Below are positions 57,761 to 64,000 of a stretch of 64,000 bases of DNA, piece by piece. The notes under the pieces are model-generated. The model saw only the letters and a program-made list of their open reading frames with translations. It was not told the origin of the DNA and did not search any database. The DNA comes from an uncultured Gammaproteobacteria bacterium. GTDB taxonomy: Bacteria > Patescibacteriota > Patescibacteriia > UBA9934. The stretch covers positions 142 to 64,141 of the forward strand of contig CAYFMS010000002.1 of NCBI GenBank assembly GCA_964344415.1. The letters are read 5' to 3'. Each line of letters begins with the position of its first letter. The stretch's first letter is position 1. The position numbers were made by a program, and so were the translations under genes.

Positions 57761-58477
57761 ATGGAATTATTGAAAAAATATCGGGTAATTGTAATTATCG
57801 TAGCTATTCTTGCGCTTGCTCTGGTGGCGATTATCGCTGGTCAAAACGGGAGTGATGATGCATACAGTGGATTGGTCACGCAGAAGAATGTTCAAATAAC
57901 TGATGGTGAGCGTGAAATGCTTCGGCAACGAATTCTTGTGTCGCAGCAAACATTAGAACAGCAGCAGCGTTCGGATGAAGATGTTGATTTAGATTTAATA
58001 TCTGACATTGCATATGACTCGATGCTCATTGGTGATTTGGTTACAGCTCGAGAATATTATGAAATGTATTTGGATCTTCATAATATTAATCCAGCTATTT
58101 GGCAGAACTATGCAGGCGTACTGCGGGACATGGAAGACTGGCAGGCAAGTGAAGATGCATATAGGCAATTGTCGGTTGTTAGTCTATCTGAATCGACGGT
58201 TATTTCTTTGGTAAAAGCAATTGACCGCAATAATCCAGACGGTAGTAGAGATGAAGAAATTCTAAATCTCCTTCTCACCTCGCTCGAAACGAGTGTGGGG
58301 CGGACGCCGGCGCTTTTGACGCATATTGCGCGTTGGTATGAAGATCACGGTGAATGTCAGAAAGCTATTGATCATTTCGAAGTTGTCGAAGATATGCTAG
58401 ATGAGCTTGGTGAGGATACGAGCGGCGTCATTGCTGACATCGAGCATGTGGAATCAACATGCGTCCCGACTGAATAA
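57761..58477 (+). CDS. membrane-anchored hypothetical protein (helical repeat, TPR-like)
   Basis: ATG at 57761 after the terminator; N-terminal TM (VIVIIVAILALALVAIIA); helical, acidic C-terminus. Confidence 0.45.
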   Translation: MELLKKYRVIVIIVAILALALVAIIAGQNGSDDAYSGLVTQKNVQITDGEREMLRQRILVSQQTLEQQQRSDEDVDLDLISDIAYDSMLIGDLVTAREYYEMYLDLHNINPAIWQNYAGVLRDMEDWQASEDAYRQLSVVSLSESTVISLVKAIDRNNPDGSRDEEILNLLLTSLETSVGRTPALLTHIARWYEDHGECQKAIDHFEVVEDMLDELGEDTSGVIADIEHVESTCVPTE

Positions 58478-58494
58478 CATGATAAAATAGGCCT

Positions 58495-60030
58495 ATGAAG
58501 AAATTTTTAGCGCCTATTTTTATTTTTGCGATTGCTTTTCCGGCTTCGGTTTTGGCGATCACGCCGAATGATCCACTCATCGATGAGCAATGGTATCTCG
58601 ATAAAATTGCGGCAAAAGATGCATGGGATCAGCAGCAGGGTAGCGATGATATTGTTGTTGCGATACTCGATAGCGGTGTTGATTATGTTCACGATGATCT
58701 TCTCGATAATATTTGGGTAAATCGTGGAGAAATCGATGGAAATGAAATTGATGATGATGGAAATGGGTATATTGATGATGTCTATGGGTATGACTTTGTT
58801 TGGGATGAACCAAGCCCTTTTCCGGTCATTGGCGGCGAGTCAATTCCAATTGCGGTTTCGCATGGGACGGTCATTGCAGGCATTATTGGCGCGGTTGGCG
58901 ACAATGCGGAAGGTATTACGGGCATTAACTGGGATGTATCGCTCATGCCTCTTCGAATTTTGAATGAAACGGGATCAGGCACGCCAAATGATATGATCGA
59001 TGCTGTGCATTATGCGGTCGATAATGGAGCGGATGTCATCAATATGAGCTTCGCTGGTTATTTTACGAGTGATGCGCTTGAAGAGGCGGTAACATATGCG
59101 TATGAACAGGGGGTGGTCATTGTTGCGGCGGCTGGAAATGATGATGTAAGTTTGAATCAAAGACCGATTTACCCAATCTGCTATTCAGGCGAGGAGGATT
59201 GGGTTTTGGGTGTTTCTGCTTCCGATGATACGGACGCGAAGGCTGATTTTTCAAATTTTGGATCTGATTGCGTCGATATCTCTGCACCGGGAACAGATGT
59301 CTTTTCTGTGAATTATTATGACCCGCCAAATGGATATGACGATGAATATATTGGAGGATGGGATGGGACATCACTTGCGGCTCCTATGGTTTCTGGGGCG
59401 GCTGCATTACTGCTTTCCGCTTATCCAAGTATGACACCGACTGATGTTATGACGGTACTCAAGCTTTCTGTCGATCCGCTCATTGGCGAGCGCCGCGTTC
59501 ATATGGGCGCTGGGCGGCTAAATATAGACTCGGCTCTTGAACTTGCTGAGGATATGGGATTTTCAACGGTATATGACCCACTGTCGGATATGCGCTTTAT
59601 TCGTACGGAAGATTCCTCGAGCGTGTATATATTGCCGGGTGATGGTACGAGAAGGGTCGTGATAGATACGCAAACATTCTTCACGCATAGGGATGATTTT
59701 AACGCGGTTGAGATTATTGATTCGGCAGAACTCTCTGATTATAAATTGTCTGGAATTCTATTGCCGAAGCCAGAATCGGCACTGATAAAAATCCCAAGCG
59801 ACCCTACGGTGTATTGGCTTGAAGAAAATCCAAGAGATGTGTTTTCACCAATTCTCAGACCGATTCCATCCGAAGACTACGCCACGGAGCAAATTGGGAA
59901 TGACTGGGCGGATTATGTCATCGACATTAATCAGATTCACTTTTCAAAATTCACATCGGGTCTTCCTGTTGATTTGGAAGAAGAATTGGATGCCTCGAAT
60001 TTAATTCAAAGAGAAATACTGAATAGATAA
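58495..60030 (+). CDS. subtilisin-like serine peptidase (S8) with C-terminal domain shared with the giant surface protein
   Basis: Catalytic triad motifs ILDSGVD (Asp), HGTVIAG (His), GTSLAAPMVSGAAALL (Ser); signal peptide; about 130-aa C-terminal extension. Confidence 0.88.
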   Translation: MKKFLAPIFIFAIAFPASVLAITPNDPLIDEQWYLDKIAAKDAWDQQQGSDDIVVAILDSGVDYVHDDLLDNIWVNRGEIDGNEIDDDGNGYIDDVYGYDFVWDEPSPFPVIGGESIPIAVSHGTVIAGIIGAVGDNAEGITGINWDVSLMPLRILNETGSGTPNDMIDAVHYAVDNGADVINMSFAGYFTSDALEEAVTYAYEQGVVIVAAAGNDDVSLNQRPIYPICYSGEEDWVLGVSASDDTDAKADFSNFGSDCVDISAPGTDVFSVNYYDPPNGYDDEYIGGWDGTSLAAPMVSGAAALLLSAYPSMTPTDVMTVLKLSVDPLIGERRVHMGAGRLNIDSALELAEDMGFSTVYDPLSDMRFIRTEDSSSVYILPGDGTRRVVIDTQTFFTHRDDFNAVEIIDSAELSDYKLSGILLPKPESALIKIPSDPTVYWLEENPRDVFSPILRPIPSEDYATEQIGNDWADYVIDINQIHFSKFTSGLPVDLEEELDASNLIQREILNR

Positions 60031-60046
60031 TTGCTTAATATATTTT

Positions 60047-61048
60047 ATGTCAAAAAAGATAGCATTAGTTACCGGAGGGGCTGGATTCATTGGATCATTT
60101 TTATGCGAGGCGCTTCTTCGAGATGGGATGCGCGTCATAGCGATAGATAATTTCTCGACGGGGCATGTTCGCAATATTGAACCTTATTTAAGCAATCCTG
60201 ATTTTCAATTTCTGCGTTTAGATATTAATAAGCCATTCGATATCACGGAGTTTGCTGAGCTTGAGGGATTTCAGGTTGAGCATATTGGTATCGCTGAGAT
60301 TTACCATTTGGCATCGCCGACATCGATTCGGAATTTCAAAGAGCATTGCGTGCAGACTCTATTGACGAATTCTGTGGGGACGCATCATATTTTGGAACTT
60401 GCCAGCCAATTCAAATCATCGGTTTTGCTTGGATCTTCTGGTGTTGTTTATGGAGGTGTGCAAGACGGGAAGGGGGTATTTTCTGAGGGAGATATTGGTT
60501 TGCTGGATCACCTCACTCCTCGTGCTTGTTATGATGAAAGTAAGAAATTTGCAGAGACGATGCTTGATACATATGCACGTAACCGTGATCTTGATGTAAA
60601 AATTGCTCGTATTTTCAGATCTTTCGGTCCTCGCATGCCTATTTTTGACGGTCATCAAATAGCAGATTATGTTATGGCTGCACTCGATAATCAGGAAGTG
60701 ATTGTGCATGGAAGAGAGAATGAGGAAACATCGCTGCTTTATGTTTCTGATATTGCTGATGCTCTCATTCGATTAATGCGGGCAAAGAAAGGGATTGGAC
60801 CGGTGAATATCGGAAGCGATCAATCGATAACGTTGAAGGCGGTTGCGGAATTGGTGATTCAAATGACCGAATCTCAGTCAACAATTAAGATGGAGGGTCC
60901 AATCGATGGAGCAATGGAAACAGGATTGCCCGACATCACAAAAGCTAAAGAAGAATTGGGCTGGCTGCCACTGACAAGTATTGAGGATGGACTGCAAAAG
61001 ACTATTGACTATGTTCGAGCAAATAAGATTCTTTTGAACTCGGATTAA
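60047..61048 (+). CDS. NAD-dependent epimerase/dehydratase (UDP-glucuronate decarboxylase-like)
   Basis: GGAGFIGS Rossmann motif; YDESKKFAETM (YxxxK catalytic) and IARIFRSFGPRM resemble the UXS family. Confidence 0.85.
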   Translation: MSKKIALVTGGAGFIGSFLCEALLRDGMRVIAIDNFSTGHVRNIEPYLSNPDFQFLRLDINKPFDITEFAELEGFQVEHIGIAEIYHLASPTSIRNFKEHCVQTLLTNSVGTHHILELASQFKSSVLLGSSGVVYGGVQDGKGVFSEGDIGLLDHLTPRACYDESKKFAETMLDTYARNRDLDVKIARIFRSFGPRMPIFDGHQIADYVMAALDNQEVIVHGRENEETSLLYVSDIADALIRLMRAKKGIGPVNIGSDQSITLKAVAELVIQMTESQSTIKMEGPIDGAMETGLPDITKAKEELGWLPLTSIEDGLQKTIDYVRANKILLNSD

Positions 61049-61095
61049 CCCCCATCTCTTGACGAAATTCCTGCATTTCAGCACACTGCACATGT

Positions 61096-61776
61096 ATGAA
61101 AGTTGCTGTTGTCATGCCGGCATATAATGAATCATCTCGAATCGCTCATGCGATTGAAGACGCATCCATTTTTAGTGATGCTGTTATTGTGATTGATGAT
61201 GCATCAGTAGATAGGACATCTGAAAATGCAAAAAAAGCGGGCGCCATTGTACTCCGCCATGCAATCAATCGAGGCCAAGGCGCAGCGATTCAAACGGGTA
61301 CGCAATATGCACTCGATGTTATCGGCGCAGATATTATTGTGCATTTTGATGCAGATGGTCAGATGACCGGTGAAGAAATCCCTCATTTGATCGAACCAAT
61401 CAAGAATCAAGAAACGGAAATTGTGCTCGGATCACGTTTTCTTGGAAGAGATGCAAAGAATATGCCATTCACTCGCTGGCTCACTCTGAAAGCATCGCTA
61501 TTATTCACTTGGCTTGTTTCAGGATTGCCGGTGAGTGATGTGCATTGCGGATTCAGGGCTCTTTCAGCGGATGCAGCTCGGAAGGCAACGCTCACCATTG
61601 ACCGTATGGCACATGCATCACAGGTGTATGACCTCATCAAGATAAATAAGATTCACTTCAAAGAAGTGCCGGTGACAATTAAGTATAGTAAGGAAACTCT
61701 GAGAAAGGGTATGTCATTCAAGGGCGGCTTTACCGTACTCAAGGATTTCTTCAAGCATAAGTTTTTCGGAATGTAA
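61096..61776 (+). CDS. glycosyltransferase family 2 (polyprenyl-phosphate sugar transferase-like)
   Basis: VVMPAYNESSRI, DDASVD (DxD) motifs; 226 aa. Confidence 0.85.
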   Translation: MKVAVVMPAYNESSRIAHAIEDASIFSDAVIVIDDASVDRTSENAKKAGAIVLRHAINRGQGAAIQTGTQYALDVIGADIIVHFDADGQMTGEEIPHLIEPIKNQETEIVLGSRFLGRDAKNMPFTRWLTLKASLLFTWLVSGLPVSDVHCGFRALSADAARKATLTIDRMAHASQVYDLIKINKIHFKEVPVTIKYSKETLRKGMSFKGGFTVLKDFFKHKFFGM

Positions 61777-61777
61777 T

Positions 61778-62107
61778 ATGATTTTCAAAATTTTTCTCAT
61801 TATTTTTGCGATTATCGCTTTGTGGAGGACATTCAGACAGTATCAGAAAGACCATGTGAGCCTGCATTGGTTTTGGGTTTGGCTTCTATTGTGGTCGGGC
61901 GTGGTAGTGGTTGCGATATCTCCACAGACGACGGATATTGTGGCGAACTTTGTCGGTGTGGAGCGGGGTGCGGATCTGCTCGTATATCTCGCCGTGATTG
62001 TATTAATTTTCGGTTTTGCGCGTATTCTGGTTCGGCAAGAAAAGCATCGGCAAGAATTAACGAAGCTGGTTCGAGAAATGTCAATTAAGCATGCAGAAAA
62101 AGAATAA
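61778..62107 (+). CDS. small membrane protein (DUF2304-like, GT2-associated)
   Basis: 109 aa; three TM segments; immediately follows the GT2 gene and overlaps the next GT gene. Confidence 0.5.
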   Translation: MIFKIFLIIFAIIALWRTFRQYQKDHVSLHWFWVWLLLWSGVVVVAISPQTTDIVANFVGVERGADLLVYLAVIVLIFGFARILVRQEKHRQELTKLVREMSIKHAEKE

Positions 62108-63170
62108 GCCAAAAATTGGAATTGTTTATGTCCCCTTCACATACATTGATTATGTGAAGGATATTTTTGATTCTTGGCAAATGCAGGACTATCCCGCTGA
62201 CCGAATCTCAATATATATTGTGCCGAATGGGGCGCCGGATACCGTTGAAGTCTTAAACAGGGAATTGCAGAATCGGCCTGATATGTCGAGTGTTCATATT
62301 ATTGACGATGGGGTGAATCATGGTTTTGCAGGGGGGCATAATATTGGCATGAAAGCGGCTCTTGAAGACGGATGCGATTATATATTCCTCAATAATGGTG
62401 ACTTGAAATTGGGCGAGGGGACGCTAACTTCTTTGGTTGAACGCTTGGAATCGGATCGAGGTATTGGATCTATTCAGCCATTGATTCGCTATTGGAAAAA
62501 TGCAGATTTAATAAATACATCCGGTGGTGTAGCGCATATTTTTGGTTATGCATATGGTCGAGATAATCTGCGAAGTATAAATGATGCAGGGGATTTTGAT
62601 GCTGGCATTGCCTATGCATCTGGCGCAGCTGTTATGTATCGATCTGAAGTACTGATAGAGGTTGGATTGCTCGAGGAGGGCTTTTTCATGTATCACGAGG
62701 ATTTTGAAATGGGGCTGCGACTTCTGATCTCGGGATATAAAAATAGGCTTGATGCCAACGTGTCTGCATTTCATGATTATGAATTCAAAAGGAATCCAGG
62801 AAAGTTTGGTTGGATGGAATTATATAGATGGATGATTGTATTGGGATATTTTCGAATCGGTACGCTTGCATTGCTATTGCCGGTAATGCTACTTCATGAA
62901 ATATCAACTTGGCTTTTTGCACTGAAAGGTGGTTGGTTCAGGGCGAAGCTCTGGCAGTATATGCAATTGCTACATCCAAGAACATATGCGCTTCTTTTTA
63001 AGATTCGTGCGCGAACCAAATCATTGCGTAAAATATCGGATCGCGAACTTCTTCGTTACTTTACGGGGAATATTGAAGCGCAAGAACAGTCGAGCTGGAT
63101 CGTTGAACGCATTGGAAATCCTGTCATTTCGACATATCTTCGGTGCATAAAGGTGATTATTTTTTGGTAA
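62091..63170 (+). CDS. glycosyltransferase family 2-like
   Basis: 359 aa; N-terminal GT-A-like region (IYIVPNGAPD, DDG); C-terminal membrane-associated segment. Confidence 0.65.
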   Translation: MQKKNKPKIGIVYVPFTYIDYVKDIFDSWQMQDYPADRISIYIVPNGAPDTVEVLNRELQNRPDMSSVHIIDDGVNHGFAGGHNIGMKAALEDGCDYIFLNNGDLKLGEGTLTSLVERLESDRGIGSIQPLIRYWKNADLINTSGGVAHIFGYAYGRDNLRSINDAGDFDAGIAYASGAAVMYRSEVLIEVGLLEEGFFMYHEDFEMGLRLLISGYKNRLDANVSAFHDYEFKRNPGKFGWMELYRWMIVLGYFRIGTLALLLPVMLLHEISTWLFALKGGWFRAKLWQYMQLLHPRTYALLFKIRARTKSLRKISDRELLRYFTGNIEAQEQSSWIVERIGNPVISTYLRCIKVIIFW

Positions 63171-63172
63171 AT

Positions 63173-64000
63173 ATGAGAATTGCTCAAATAACGCCAGTAT
63201 ATCCTCCGTATCGCGGGGGTATGGGAAATGTTGCATACGATTATGTAGAGGCATTGAAACAAGAGGGGCATGAAGTTCAAGTCTTTGCTCCTTCTACCAT
63301 TAAGCCTGTTTTTTCATGGGGAAATGCAGCCTTCATTCCTCAGTTGATGTGGCGTCTGCGAGGATTCGATGTCATACATTTACATTATCCATTTTATGGA
63401 TCTGCTATAGCAACATGCATTGCTGCATTTTTCACAAAAACTCCGATTGTGATGACATATCACATGAAAACAGTTGCGTCTGGATGGCTTGGACTCATTT
63501 TCAAACTTTATCGTTTTTTTGTAGAGCCTTTTCTTCTGGCATCAATGAATCAAATTTTGATTAGTTCTGTCGATTATGCGAATAGCATAGGTATAGCGGG
63601 CGAGAAGGTGATAGATTTTCCATTTCTTATCGATACAGAAAAGTATGCTCCTGGCGAATCAGATATTCGTCAGACATTAAATATATCTTCAGATGAAAAA
63701 GTTATTCTTTTTGTTGGTGGCATGGATGATGCACATTATTTTAAGGGAATTGATGTTCTCATGCACGCATTTGCAAAGGCAAAGAATGGGCACCTCATTT
63801 TAGTGGGTGATGGGAATTTACGTTCAGGATATGAACGCCTCGCAAATGATCTGGAGATAGAAAATAGGGTACATTTTGCTGGAAATGTTGATTCTCTGAT
63901 TGATTTTTACCGCGCGGCAGATTTGCATGTGCTTCCATCGGTGAATCAGGCGGAGGCATTTGGATTGGTGACGCTTGAGGCAGCATCCTCAGGGCTTCCA
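63173..64000 (+). CDS. glycosyltransferase family 4 (GT-B), 3' truncated by window end
   Basis: MRIAQITPVYPPYRGGMGNVAYD N-terminus and EAFGLVTLEAASSGLP near the window end; no stop codon within the window. Confidence 0.7.
   Translation, partial: MRIAQITPVYPPYRGGMGNVAYDYVEALKQEGHEVQVFAPSTIKPVFSWGNAAFIPQLMWRLRGFDVIHLHYPFYGSAIATCIAAFFTKTPIVMTYHMKTVASGWLGLIFKLYRFFVEPFLLASMNQILISSVDYANSIGIAGEKVIDFPFLIDTEKYAPGESDIRQTLNISSDEKVILFVGGMDDAHYFKGIDVLMHAFAKAKNGHLILVGDGNLRSGYERLANDLEIENRVHFAGNVDSLIDFYRAADLHVLPSVNQAEAFGLVTLEAASSGLP

Overview
This 64 kb window looks like a chromosomal segment from a moderately AT-rich, small-genome bacterium. The gene content is mostly housekeeping and hints at a Patescibacteria/CPR-like lineage, but I cannot confirm lineage without searches.

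The signs pointing that way are two 'four helix bundle' (23S-IVS-type) genes, a DUF5667-like protein after an ECF sigma factor, a giant acidic surface protein, and a ThrS that lacks the N-terminal TGS domain.

Recognisable genes:
- DNA metabolism: recG, radA, dnaE, gyrB.
- Proteostasis and membrane: clpC, htpX, lemA, rseP (site-2 protease), ftsW/rodA.
- Translation: pheS, pheT, thrS, miaA, gatB, prfA-prmC, rpmE, rplY, and the secE-nusG-rplK-rplA cluster.
- dTTP synthesis cluster: tmk, dut, a long ThyX-like ORF, and a long-form dcd.
- Envelope locus near the right end (50-64 kb): ECF sigma and putative anti-sigma, a 1381-aa acidic Thr/Asp/Gly-rich secreted protein behind a structured 270-nt leader, a subtilase, a UDP-sugar epimerase/decarboxylase-like gene, and several glycosyltransferases.

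Findings worth follow-up:
1. Composite palindromic intergenic repeats carrying perfect DnaA-box 9-mers (TTATCCACA/TGTGGATAA) at five dispersed loci, built from shared modules with other short palindromes (GAGATCGGATCTC, AAGTCGGAC, CAAGGTTTAACCTTG).
2. An inverted-repeat-flanked four-helix-bundle gene inserted between pheS and pheT, with a gene-less copy of the same repeat pair at 43.6 kb.
3. Three short GC-rich islands: a MOSC-domain gene, a 162-aa ORF inside the dTTP cluster, and a ~105-aa ORF at the left edge. These are likely foreign DNA.
4. A Cys-rich membrane protein with a pilin-like two-helix hairpin fused to an M15 peptidase, in an operon with a DsbA-like and a PD40/TolB-like protein.
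5. A tandem pair of small paralogous genes, divergent from the second four-helix-bundle gene.
6. A ~110-aa domain shared by the giant surface protein N-terminus and the subtilase C-terminus.

No rRNA, tRNA or CRISPR array could be supported. All calls come from reading the supplied ORF translations and raw sequence; no searches or computations were run.
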